Source: a virus
Taxonomy: Duplodnaviria; Caudoviricetes
DNA length: 30,391 nucleotides
Reading direction: 5' to 3' (one strand)
Virus record (IMG/VR): IMGVR_UViG_3300045999_005524
Coordinates: 1 to 30,391 of that record
Shown here: positions 1 through 9,366 of the stretch, in pieces
How the letters are laid out: each line of letters begins with the position of its first letter
Numbering within the stretch: the stretch's first letter is position 1
Notes under the pieces: model-generated
What the model was told of the DNA's origin: nothing
What the model saw: the letters and a program-made list of their open reading frames with translations, nothing else
Database searches by the model: none
Made by a program: the position numbers and the translations under genes

Positions 1-716
1 TCCATTGCGCCACGGCGGGCGTAGAGGGCCTGGCCAGTGCGGCGGCCGGCGAGGCTGTAGTGGCGCTCGGAGACCAAGGCCAGCTTCCAGGCCTTGAACG
101 CTGAACCCTTCAGGTCGGCCGGAACGTCGCCCGCACGGATCGCGGCGCTGATCTCATCGAGTTTGTCGAGGTAGGCGTCGCGGTAGCCCTCCTTGGCCAC
201 ACGCAGGCGGATCATCCGCTCGGGGATGGCGTTGAACGCTGCGGCGTCGTTGGCCATCAGGGCCATGACGTTGTTCACGTCCAGGTTGAGATCGCGGTAG
301 CTGCTGACCACCAGCTGAGCGATGCGCTCCTGGCCGAGCTGCTCGGTGATGAAGGCGTAGTCCCGCGGATTGAGGCGCCGGTTGGAGATGGTCAGCAGCT
401 GGGCGAGCTTGGCGTAGTCCTCAGCGGTCTCGATGTCGTAATTGGCCAGCAGCTGCTTGAAGTTGATCGGCTGGTCGCCGCCAATGTCGACGCGTGGCGT
501 CGTCTCAAGCGCCCGCTCGATGTAGGCATTGAACTGGTCGTTGTCGAGCAGTTCTGCTTGGCGGCGCAGCTCGCCCTCGAGCACGTTGTCGGGGACTGTG
601 GCTTCGCCGTCGACCGTGTAACCGCTGACCTTGATGCGGTTGAGGCGTTCCTCGATCTGGCGCTTCTGCTGCTGCAGTCGCTGGATCTCTTGAAAGGCGT
701 CTTCGCAGTTGGACAT
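1..716 (-). CDS. Large internal virion (ejection) protein, N-terminal part; runs off the window
   Basis: ATG at 716, 2 nt after the stop of 719..5293. Open frame to the window edge (MSNCEDAFQEIQRLQQQKRQIEERL...). Helical, charged, and in the T7 gp16-like position. Absent from the ORF track because it is truncated. Confidence 0.7.
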   Translation of the reverse strand, partial: MSNCEDAFQEIQRLQQQKRQIEERLNRIKVSGYTVDGEATVPDNVLEGELRRQAELLDNDQFNAYIERALETTPRVDIGGDQPINFKQLLANYDIETAEDYAKLAQLLTISNRRLNPRDYAFITEQLGQERIAQLVVSSYRDLNLDVNNVMALMANDAAAFNAIPERMIRLRVAKEGYRDAYLDKLDEISAAIRAGDVPADLKGSAFKAWKLALVSERHYSLAGRRTGQALYARRGAM

Positions 717-718
717 GA

Positions 719-3700
719 TCAGCAGCCCTCCATGGCAGCGCGTTGTTTGACCGCCTCAATGCGGGCGTTCAGATCAGCGACCCGAGCTTCAGCTAGCTGA
801 GTGCTCTCCGCCAGGGCGCGGGCCGGCTGGCCGTTGAGCAGCTCTTTGGTGGCCGCTCGTGACAGCCCTTTGGGCAGGCCGGTGCGTGGGTCTGGGTCGC
901 CAATCGCATCGGCCAGCTCGTCGACCAGAGACCCCTGACTGACAGCGGGCATCTGCATCGCGGAGCCGCCCTTGCCGGGGATTTGCTCGTTCCAGGCCGA
1001 CTCGGTTCTCCAACGCCCGTAGATGGGGTCCATCATTTCGAACCCGCTGCCAGCGGCAATGCCGCCGGTTGCGTCTTCAAAGCCGATGACGTCGGCTAGA
1101 GCTCCTTGCCTTGCTCGCTCAAAAATGGCTCGCGTCGAATCAAACGTGCCTTTTGAAGCAAGGTTATAAAGCTTCTCGAAAACATCAAGAATCCGGTCGA
1201 AAGCCGAGATGACATAGCTGACGTTCTTTTGAGTTGCGCTTGTGTCGATCTCGTAGCCGCCGAGCATTGCCCGGATTGGGTCTTGCCCGTTTCGCTTGCC
1301 CCCGGCATAGCGCATGAACGCGACGGCCTGTGATTCAGCGTATGCGATTGGCGTCTTGCCGGTGTGGTTTGAGCCAATCCCGATCTTGATGCGGGCCCAG
1401 TTGCTGTTCAAGACAGCGACCTCCTTGGGGCCTAGCGACAGGTACTGGATCCTGTGGAACGCCTCGTGGTACGCCGTCCGGGCGAGGGCCTCGTCGTCCT
1501 CCCGCAGCACGGCGTTGATCTGGATGAGGTCGTCCCTCATGCGGTAGAAGCCGCCGATGAGGCTGGTCTTCTTGCCGTCGCCGCCCCATTCCGCGCTGGT
1601 GGTTTTGCGGGTGTAGTCGTCCTGGAAGCGGATCGCCACCTCGTCGCCAGCCACTTCTCGGATGATTTGCGTGAGCTCCCGCTGCCGCCGGGCTCGCATC
1701 TCTGGGTTGCTTTCAAAGGGCGTGTTGTCGACCTCATCCCAGCCAGCAGGGGATTGCAGCTCTTCTGCGCCGGCAAAGCGCTGCTCCGGCACCTGCAGGC
1801 TCATTGCCTTCTGCGGTGCAGCGGCTGAGCCGGTCTGCTCCGTAACGATGCCCTTGATCGCATCACGGACCTTGGCTCCGTGGGTGCGGATTGCGGTGAG
1901 GTTGTAGCCGGCCTCCTCCAGCGCCTGGATCAGGCGTGATTCGCCCTTCGACTTCTTGGCCTCGTCGCGCAGCATGTAGGCCGCGCGGTCCAGATCAGAA
2001 GCAAACTCCACCTTTGCCATGCCGTAACGCGGCGCTGACTTCGAGAGATCTGCCGGGAAGGTGAACGGCTCAGGCGGAGCCAGGTCTTGGCCGGTGAGCT
2101 CTTGCAGTTGCCTGCGCTGTTTGGCGGCGAGGTCACGCAGCTGCTGCGCAAACTCGGGATCGCGGGCCTCGGCGGCCGGCAGGCGGGACTGCTCGATCTG
2201 GCGGATGCTGCGTTCGAGCCGGTCAATCTCCTCGGCGCGGCGCTTGGCGGCGGCGCTCCCTGGCGGCGGTTCCTGGAAGTCGCTCACCACCCCCGTGGCC
2301 TTCTTCTCGTCGAAGGTCTTGAGGTCGTAGCCCTCGGCGTCACGCGCGGCCTTCTCCGCCTCCTGGGCGACGGCGTCATCCAGCTGGCGGTAGGCATCGC
2401 GGAGCTCCAGCTCGTCCGCCATGGCCTGCACCACGTCGTCGGTGATGGTGTTCTCGGCCAGATCGCGCTGGACCTTCATCAGGTCGACACCCGAATCCAT
2501 CGGCAGATCGGGGATCGGCGTTTCAGGCGGCCGCACCTCGCCGTTCTGGATGGCGCGCTGAATGGCCAGCATCTCCATCGCCTGGCGGTCATCGGGCAGC
2601 AGCTCATCGAGCTTCTGCGGCGCCTGGGCCAGCAGATCTTCCTGGACCACGTCGGCCCGGGTGATGGCCTGCTCGCCCATCAGATCAGCGAGCTGACCCA
2701 CCAAGCGGTTCTTGATCTGCTTGGCGATCGCGCCCTTGTTCTCGCCGACTGCGACGCGGTTGCCGCCCTCGTTGAGCAGATCGCGGATCGGGCCGGTCTC
2801 CATCCAGGTGCGCTGGAAGTAGTCGATGGCGCGGGCGTTGGCCTCGGCCACCTGCTGCGCGCTGGCCTTGTCGATCCGGCTGCCCTTGGCCTCCAGCGCC
2901 GCCGAGTTGGCGTCCGCCATGGAGAACAGCCGCTTCTCCCGCTTCAGCAGGGTGGCCACCTCGTCGGCGAGGTCGGCGACCGCCACCATCTGCTTGTTGA
3001 AGGTCTGATCCCAATCGGTGCCGGCCAGCAGATCGGTCTGCTCGCCCGTCGCCTGGGCCTCGCCGGTCATCTGCTTGCTCAGCTCGAGCATCCCCTTCAG
3101 GCGACCCTCGGTGGTGCCGGGGTTCTCGACCAGATAGCGGTAGGCGCCGCGCATCGAGGCTTCATCAGCCCCGCTGCCGCCAATCAGCCGGCCCTGGCGC
3201 TCCTTGATCTGGCCGCTTTCGACCGCGCGCAGGATGTCCTCCGGCAGGCGACTGAGCTGGAAGCCCGAGAGGCCGTTGCCGGAGTCGGGGGCCAGGGGCA
3301 CACCGAGCGACTCCAGCTGGCCAGGCTCGGTGATGCCAGCGCCTTTGATGAACCAGGCCGCGTCGATCGGGCGGCCGCCGCCAGTGGCGATATTGCTCAA
3401 TGCGCCGACTGTTTTCGCCTGCTCCGGCGACTCGGCAAAGATCTCCTTGATCGGCAGGGTCGGGATGTTCTTCGCCTGGGCTAGAGCAAAGCGGTTGTGG
3501 CCGTTCACCACATAGAACTCGCCGTCGGCAGGGTCTTGCCACACCTCGACCGGCTGCTCCATGTCGGTGTTCCAGCGGTCGACGCCCTCGAGGGAGGAGC
3601 CGCGCTGCACGCCGCGAGCGTCAGTGCCTTGCTTGAACTGGAAGCGGGCCGGATCGATCTTGAGATCGCCCGTCTTCATCATTTGCTGGCCGGGCACCAG

Positions 3701-5293
3701 GCGGCTGGGGATGACGATCGAGCCGTCGTCAGCGGCTGCCTGCAGCGTTTGCACCGCATCGGCTGGCGTGAGCTCTTCCCATTCCTTGCCGGTCAGCGCT
3801 TGGGCTCTTGCTGCCAGGTCGGGGTTTACCTCGGGGTGGAGGACGTTGACCAGCTGCTGCGGGTCGCGCTTGCCCAGCTGCTGCCATTGCTGCGCAAACG
3901 GGGTGATCGGATCGGCGAGGCTGTCGCTCGGTGCCGTGTTCAGCTCAGTACTCAGCGCGGGGTCGGGCTCAAGCGGCTGGCGGGTGGCCATGCGCTGATC
4001 CAGCTCCTGGAGCACGGGCCCGCCACTGCGCACTGTGTCGAGTAGCTCAGCGTCAGAGGCGTTCTTGATCTGGCTGAGGGCGACGTCAGCCTCCGGCAGC
4101 TCGGGGTCGTAGTCGATCGCCCAGAAGTCGATGCCGGGATCAGCAGTTGGCAGTTCGCCTTCCGTGACGGCGCCGCCGGGCTCCATCGCCTGGCTGGGGA
4201 TGGCCGGCTCTGGCGCTGCAGCAGGCTCTGGCGCGCTGATGCCGTACTTCTCCTCCAGGGCGGCATTGGCCTCGCGCAGGCTCTGACCCTGCACGGCCTC
4301 CGGGGTGAACGCTGTGGCGCCGGTATCGGGGTCGCTCTGAACCAGGCCAGCCCCCTCGAGCTCCGCCCGGGGCTGCTCAACGGTCTGCTGCACCACGCTG
4401 CGAGCTTTCCGTGCCCGGTTGATGCCCATGAAGGCGCCGCCCAGGCCGACGCCAAACGCGACGTTGGGGATGAATGAGGCGGCCGCCGAATCGGGGAAAG
4501 CCATCCCGGGCTTGACCGGGTCGAGCTTGGTGCCAAGCACTGCATCGACCAGGCCAACGGCGCTGCCGCCGGTAGCGGTGTAATCCAGCGGCGCGGTGAC
4601 GGCCTCGCCGACCGCAGCGTCAAACGCCAAGCGCGATGCTGCGCCCTGCCAGGACTTCGCCAGGGCTGGGTTCATGGCATTGGCCAGCGTCTGCGCAGCG
4701 GGGCCAACGAAGCGGACGCCACTCAACGCCTTCAAGCCAACGCCAACACCAAAGCCGCCGGCCACGCCAAGGGTCAGCGCGCTGCGCAGGTCATCGACGC
4801 CCTTCTCCTCGGGCGTCATCTGCGATGGAGGCGTCACCCCTGCCGAGCGGTAGACGTGATCGACCACCCGGTCGACGGCGCGGCCTGTTGGGCTGGTGGT
4901 GTAGTCGGTCTGCTTGCGGCCGCCGGAGCGCTGTTTCCACTCGATGCCGGCGCGGACCGCATTGGCGGTCGCCGCAGTGGCGCCAAGGCTGCCCTGCTTG
5001 AAGGCGATGCCAACCGGCGTGCTGCGCATGGTGGTGTTGGCCGCGCGCTCAACGCTGCGCAGCGGGTCTTTCGTCAGCTGGTTGAGCTCGTAGCGGAGGT
5101 CGTTGCCGAGCTTGCTCAGCGAGAACCCGCCAGGCCCGACGCCCCAAAAGCTGTTGGCCTTTGGCTTGGGTTTCGGCTTGGGCTTGGCGCGAGGGGCCGG
5201 GGGACGCTCGGGGACAACGGGCTGGCCAAAGCCCAGCGAGCCCTTGGCAACAACTTTCCCGGTGCGGGGATCGGTGACGTACTCGATGGGCAT
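719..5293 (-). CDS. 1524-aa internal virion / polyvalent protein with ParB-like domain and HExxH metallopeptidase-like domain
   Basis: Lies in the internal virion gene block. ParB/Srx-like motif RFQFK...DPADGEFYVVNGHNRF (~3350-3680). YHEAFHRIQY (HEAFH at 1454-1468) with a downstream E in AYAESQA. Confidence 0.75.
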   Translation of the reverse strand: MPIEYVTDPRTGKVVAKGSLGFGQPVVPERPPAPRAKPKPKPKPKANSFWGVGPGGFSLSKLGNDLRYELNQLTKDPLRSVERAANTTMRSTPVGIAFKQGSLGATAATANAVRAGIEWKQRSGGRKQTDYTTSPTGRAVDRVVDHVYRSAGVTPPSQMTPEEKGVDDLRSALTLGVAGGFGVGVGLKALSGVRFVGPAAQTLANAMNPALAKSWQGAASRLAFDAAVGEAVTAPLDYTATGGSAVGLVDAVLGTKLDPVKPGMAFPDSAAASFIPNVAFGVGLGGAFMGINRARKARSVVQQTVEQPRAELEGAGLVQSDPDTGATAFTPEAVQGQSLREANAALEEKYGISAPEPAAAPEPAIPSQAMEPGGAVTEGELPTADPGIDFWAIDYDPELPEADVALSQIKNASDAELLDTVRSGGPVLQELDQRMATRQPLEPDPALSTELNTAPSDSLADPITPFAQQWQQLGKRDPQQLVNVLHPEVNPDLAARAQALTGKEWEELTPADAVQTLQAAADDGSIVIPSRLVPGQQMMKTGDLKIDPARFQFKQGTDARGVQRGSSLEGVDRWNTDMEQPVEVWQDPADGEFYVVNGHNRFALAQAKNIPTLPIKEIFAESPEQAKTVGALSNIATGGGRPIDAAWFIKGAGITEPGQLESLGVPLAPDSGNGLSGFQLSRLPEDILRAVESGQIKERQGRLIGGSGADEASMRGAYRYLVENPGTTEGRLKGMLELSKQMTGEAQATGEQTDLLAGTDWDQTFNKQMVAVADLADEVATLLKREKRLFSMADANSAALEAKGSRIDKASAQQVAEANARAIDYFQRTWMETGPIRDLLNEGGNRVAVGENKGAIAKQIKNRLVGQLADLMGEQAITRADVVQEDLLAQAPQKLDELLPDDRQAMEMLAIQRAIQNGEVRPPETPIPDLPMDSGVDLMKVQRDLAENTITDDVVQAMADELELRDAYRQLDDAVAQEAEKAARDAEGYDLKTFDEKKATGVVSDFQEPPPGSAAAKRRAEEIDRLERSIRQIEQSRLPAAEARDPEFAQQLRDLAAKQRRQLQELTGQDLAPPEPFTFPADLSKSAPRYGMAKVEFASDLDRAAYMLRDEAKKSKGESRLIQALEEAGYNLTAIRTHGAKVRDAIKGIVTEQTGSAAAPQKAMSLQVPEQRFAGAEELQSPAGWDEVDNTPFESNPEMRARRQRELTQIIREVAGDEVAIRFQDDYTRKTTSAEWGGDGKKTSLIGGFYRMRDDLIQINAVLREDDEALARTAYHEAFHRIQYLSLGPKEVAVLNSNWARIKIGIGSNHTGKTPIAYAESQAVAFMRYAGGKRNGQDPIRAMLGGYEIDTSATQKNVSYVISAFDRILDVFEKLYNLASKGTFDSTRAIFERARQGALADVIGFEDATGGIAAGSGFEMMDPIYGRWRTESAWNEQIPGKGGSAMQMPAVSQGSLVDELADAIGDPDPRTGLPKGLSRAATKELLNGQPARALAESTQLAEARVADLNARIEAVKQRAAMEGC

Positions 5294-5296
5294 GGA

Positions 5297-8029
5297 TCAG
5301 CTCCCGCTGCGGTAGCGATTGAGGATGTCGGTCGTGTATTCCCGGATGGATGGATACCGGCGGCCGTTGGAATACTGCGGGCGGCCGTCGTCATAGAGGT
5401 CGCCACGCCCGCTGTACCAAATGGATGCAGCGCGGCGAATAGCGATGTCTGGTTTGTATCCAGCCCTGAGTTGTTGCTGGATGATTTCGCCCAGCTGGCC
5501 ATTGGCGACAGCGAGCTGGGCGTCCTTGCTGGCGAGGAATTGCTTGGGCGTCAGCCGGCGGCCGTAGTGCTTCTGCGTCCAGGGGCCGACGTTTTCTGGC
5601 ATCACTTGGCCGATGCCAAGCGCGCCGGAATCAGGGTTGACCGCTGAGAAGTTGCCGCCGCTTTCTTTGCCGAAGATGGCCTGGCGAAGGCGGTTCAGGT
5701 TGACCGGGCCCGAGACAGTGGCCATCGGTTGGCGCACGGCGGTGAAGCTCTGCCTCGAGCCGGCGTAGGCAGGAGCCGTGCCGGTCAGCGCGTTGAGGGC
5801 CCACATGCCAGCGGCCGCCAGGGGCGACTGCGAGTTCCGTTGCGCTGCAGCCACCTGCTGCGAATAGCTCTGCGTTGCCCTCGCCTGCTGGCCACTGCGG
5901 CCCAGCTGTGAACGCTGTGCGGGCGTCAGCTTGATGTCGTTGGGGTAGAAGTCCGCCTGCTGGAGCAAGAACTGCTGCGGGCTAGTGCCGGCTGCCTTGG
6001 CCGCGCGGGCCAGCGGGGCCGGCAGTGACTGGCCGCCCAGGGCCAGCGGGATCAGGCGCGCGGTCTCGGATGCGCTGAGCACGGCCTCGCCGCGCCAGTT
6101 CTGCAGCCGCTGCTCGCGGTTGGGGATGGCATCCAACTGGGCAACGCCAAAGGTGGGCGCTCCCTGCGCGCGGCGACCCGGCGGCGGCTTGGGCGGCTCA
6201 GGGCGATCGGCGCCAGGGCGGGTGGTCCCAAATGGAACCGTGCTTGGCTGGCCATTGGTGCCGGGGAAGAGTGTCTTCCAGGTAGCCGGTGCGTTCTTTT
6301 GGAACCCGGTCAAGGTGGAATCGATCACCTGCTGCTGTTCGGCCGGAGTGAGGTCGCGGTCGAGCTCGGCGCGCTTGGCATCAATGGCCCGGTAGATCGA
6401 GGTGCGGAAGGCGGCGTTCTGGCGGGCTGCGGACGCGGCGGCGTTGGCGTCGCCGGTGGCCATCAGCTCTTCAATGTTGCGCGCCCCGCGGACGGCCGCA
6501 GTGACCGTGTCGGGGTAGTTGGCCTCCAGGTTTGCCTTCACCTGGCGCGCGATGGCGCCATTGATGAGGCTGTCCGGCATGTTCTGCTTTTGTGTCTCCT
6601 TGCGGCGGCGCACCTCGGCGTACTGAGCCGAGAACTGAGCGCGCTTCTCGGGTGCAACTTGCTGCAGCTCCAGCTGGAACAGGCGATCGAACTGAGCCGG
6701 ATCCCAGTCGCTGCCATAGGCCGCATCGGCCTCTTGCAGAAACACGGCCCCAGCGTCGTCCGCAAAGCCGCGGCTGGTGATGTCCTCGGTGACGTTGGTG
6801 GTGCTCTGCTCGATCTTGAGCATTTCCGACAGCGGCAGCTGCCCCTGGTACTGGCCCCTGATCTGCTCAAGCCGGGCGGCTTTCTCTGGGCCATCCGGTA
6901 GGCCAAGGGTGGCTCCGGCGACCTCGTCGGCGTACCGCTGGCCCACGGCTTCTTGCTGCGCCTTGCGGGCGCGATAGTTCATCTGGTCGTACTTATCGGT
7001 CGCCTCGAGGATCTCCAGCCCGTACATCTGCTGGGCCGTGGGCCGGTAGCCTTTGGAATCCGGCGGGCCAACCAGGATCGAGCCGATGACGGCCCGCGCC
7101 TCCCGATCGATCACGCCGGTCTGCGGATCCATCGCCATGGAGATCGCCGACTTGATCGCGTTCTCTTTCATCTCCTGGCCCTTGCCAGGGATGCCGAAAC
7201 GCCGCGCCTCCTGGTCGAGGTAGCTGGTTTCGTTGGCGACGATCTGGGCCAGAGGCACGCCGTCCGCCATGGCCTTCTTCACTCGGCCGTAGATGGTGGC
7301 CGCCGCAATCCGCGGCACCGTCTCGTCCAGGTACTTGTTGTGGTCGTCGATCTGGTCCTGGGTGATCTTGTCCCACTCGCTGTTCATCCGCGGCAGGACG
7401 TAGTCCATGAAGCCGGGAGTGAACTCGCTCAGGCCGAACTTCTGGCTCACCTGGGCGATGGCGGCAGCTTTGACCGCATTGACCTTTGGGTCGGCGGGGT
7501 CCAGCAGCGCCAGATCAGCGCGGCGTTGGTTGAACTCCCGCCGCATGATCATCGGCATCTCAACCGACGCCAGCTTGCTCAGCTGGTTCTGGCGGCCGGC
7601 CGCGCGGAACGGGTTAGCCCGATCCATCAGCAGGCCAGCGACAGGATCCTGCCGGGCCACGTCGCGGTTCTCGGCCGCGTATTCGTCCGCCGACACCATC
7701 AGCTGACGATTGGCGATCGTGTAGGCCTTCAGCGCTTCGTTCTGGCCCTGCTGGTACTCATTTGAGGCGTACAGCTGGACGCCATAGTTCATCAGCTTGG
7801 TGAGGTTCTGGCTGAATGGAGCAAGGGCTCGAGCCAGCTGCTCGCCTTGGTCGTAACCCTGCACGTTCGGTGCGGCAGCGGTCTGCACCAGGCCGATCCG
7901 ATCGCTGGAAAGGTTGATCTGCTGGGGCTGCGCAGGGCGGGCTGTTTCGATCAGCCCTGGCTGCACAAAGCTCGACACCGGACGGGCCGCCGGCTGAATC
8001 TGCCCGAGAGGTAGTTGTTCGCGTGCCAT
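5297..8029 (-). CDS. Internal virion protein (gp15-like position) with C-terminal lytic transglycosylase domain
   Basis: 910 aa. C-terminal AIFGKESGGNFSAVNPDSGALGIGQVMP matches the SLT ES...GxxQxMP signature, followed by WYSG and ...YTTDIL. Confidence 0.85.
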   Translation of the reverse strand: MAREQLPLGQIQPAARPVSSFVQPGLIETARPAQPQQINLSSDRIGLVQTAAAPNVQGYDQGEQLARALAPFSQNLTKLMNYGVQLYASNEYQQGQNEALKAYTIANRQLMVSADEYAAENRDVARQDPVAGLLMDRANPFRAAGRQNQLSKLASVEMPMIMRREFNQRRADLALLDPADPKVNAVKAAAIAQVSQKFGLSEFTPGFMDYVLPRMNSEWDKITQDQIDDHNKYLDETVPRIAAATIYGRVKKAMADGVPLAQIVANETSYLDQEARRFGIPGKGQEMKENAIKSAISMAMDPQTGVIDREARAVIGSILVGPPDSKGYRPTAQQMYGLEILEATDKYDQMNYRARKAQQEAVGQRYADEVAGATLGLPDGPEKAARLEQIRGQYQGQLPLSEMLKIEQSTTNVTEDITSRGFADDAGAVFLQEADAAYGSDWDPAQFDRLFQLELQQVAPEKRAQFSAQYAEVRRRKETQKQNMPDSLINGAIARQVKANLEANYPDTVTAAVRGARNIEELMATGDANAAASAARQNAAFRTSIYRAIDAKRAELDRDLTPAEQQQVIDSTLTGFQKNAPATWKTLFPGTNGQPSTVPFGTTRPGADRPEPPKPPPGRRAQGAPTFGVAQLDAIPNREQRLQNWRGEAVLSASETARLIPLALGGQSLPAPLARAAKAAGTSPQQFLLQQADFYPNDIKLTPAQRSQLGRSGQQARATQSYSQQVAAAQRNSQSPLAAAGMWALNALTGTAPAYAGSRQSFTAVRQPMATVSGPVNLNRLRQAIFGKESGGNFSAVNPDSGALGIGQVMPENVGPWTQKHYGRRLTPKQFLASKDAQLAVANGQLGEIIQQQLRAGYKPDIAIRRAASIWYSGRGDLYDDGRPQYSNGRRYPSIREYTTDILNRYRSGS

Positions 8030-8035
8030 TGCTGA

Positions 8036-8908
8036 TTAGCCCCCGTATTGGCGGATGCCGTCGGTCAAGTTGCCGACCGCTGCGGCGCCGGCTTTGCCGC
8101 TTGATGTGAACTGCTGCAGGCCCTGCCACACACTCAGGCCGGTGTTGATGCCGCCCAGCACCGCGTTGCCCATGGTCAAGTTGGCGGCCGCCTGGCTCGG
8201 CCCCGCACCCGTCATCGACGGCGGCTGCGGCATCACCAGCGTCGGCAACGGCGCAAACGGCCGCACCGGGTCTTGATACGGGGCAGGGTCATAGAACTGC
8301 TGGCTGTTGTATCGGCTGACGTAGTTCGCCACGAGGCCGGCCTGCTCACGCGTGTACTGGCGCTCCCGGAAGTTCTGGTTGATCTGCTTCAGGGCCTCGA
8401 AGTCGCCCAGCTGACGCGCGTAGTCATTCACCAGTCGATCGACGCTGGCGCCCTCCTGGCCACTGGCCACCACCTGCGACTGCGCCTTCATCGCCTGGTG
8501 GGCGTATTGGTAGGCAGCCACGGCGTCTTGAGATGCCTGTTCCCGGATGCCCTCGCTCAGCGCCTGGCTCTGCAGGCTGAAGTCCGCCATGGCAGATGTT
8601 CGCGTGCGGCGCACAACATCAGCCTGCTTGTAGGCCTTGACCAGCTCGTAGTTCCGCAGCTGGTTGACGTAGCTGAGGTTCTGGTTGTAGTTGACCGTCT
8701 CGGCCCAGTAGCGGTACTTGCTCTGGGTGTTGGCGATGCGGGCGTTGATCTTGGAGGACCAGCGCGCGTACTTGTCGCTGACCTTCTGAAACCTCAGCGC
8801 GTCTTGGTATTGCTGGCGAGCCGAAGCGTTCTGAGCGCTGGCGCCGGCGATGCCCATGCCGGTGTTGACGGCGGCCATCCCCAGCGAAAAGAGCGTTACG
8901 GGGTCCAT
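8036..8908 (-). CDS. Internal virion protein B (T7 gp14-like)
   Basis: Start reassigned to ATG 8908 (MDPVTLFSLGMAAV...), which overlaps the upstream stop as TGATG. Hydrophobic Gly/Ala N-terminus, Gln/Ala-rich, syntenic with gp14. Confidence 0.75.
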   Translation of the reverse strand: MDPVTLFSLGMAAVNTGMGIAGASAQNASARQQYQDALRFQKVSDKYARWSSKINARIANTQSKYRYWAETVNYNQNLSYVNQLRNYELVKAYKQADVVRRTRTSAMADFSLQSQALSEGIREQASQDAVAAYQYAHQAMKAQSQVVASGQEGASVDRLVNDYARQLGDFEALKQINQNFRERQYTREQAGLVANYVSRYNSQQFYDPAPYQDPVRPFAPLPTLVMPQPPSMTGAGPSQAAANLTMGNAVLGGINTGLSVWQGLQQFTSSGKAGAAAVGNLTDGIRQYGG

Positions 8909-9366
8909 CAGTCCGCCTCCCTGCAGAAATAACGAAACAGTTGGGCGTAGGGCCCGTGGGGTTGGGCCGGATGAACGGTGAAGCCCAGGAACCGCAGCCA
9001 CGCCACCGATCGGGTGTTGGCTGCGAAGGCCCAGTTATGAAGGAACCGCCAATCCGGCAGCAGTTCGTCTACCCACTGCCGACCCTTGCGGGCTAACTGC
9101 ACCTGGTGGCTGCGGGTGGCTGCCAGCTCGTCAGTGCCGAGCATCCAAATCTCTCCGGCGCCTGAATCCGGGCAGACGCCGCATAGGCCGACCAAATAGC
9201 CGCCGTCGCCAAGGATCCCGTGGCGTTCCGAGCTGGACTTCCAGCTCTGCCACACCGCCTCCCTGGCGCCCAGGCCATGACTGGCCCTCGCTTCGCGGCG
9301 GTCTTCCGCGCGCAGCAATTCGGCTAAGTGCTCGATGTCGTGCGTGGCGGGGTCGGTGAATCTCAT
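8908..9366 (-). CDS. Internal virion protein A (T7 gp13-like, GNAT-like fold)
   Basis: Start ATG 9366 in ATGA overlap with the tail B stop. LRAEDRRE, IWMLGT and NTRSVAWLRFLGF motifs are typical of gp13/DUF2833. Confidence 0.8.
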   Translation of the reverse strand: MRFTDPATHDIEHLAELLRAEDRREARASHGLGAREAVWQSWKSSSERHGILGDGGYLVGLCGVCPDSGAGEIWMLGTDELAATRSHQVQLARKGRQWVDELLPDWRFLHNWAFAANTRSVAWLRFLGFTVHPAQPHGPYAQLFRYFCREAD

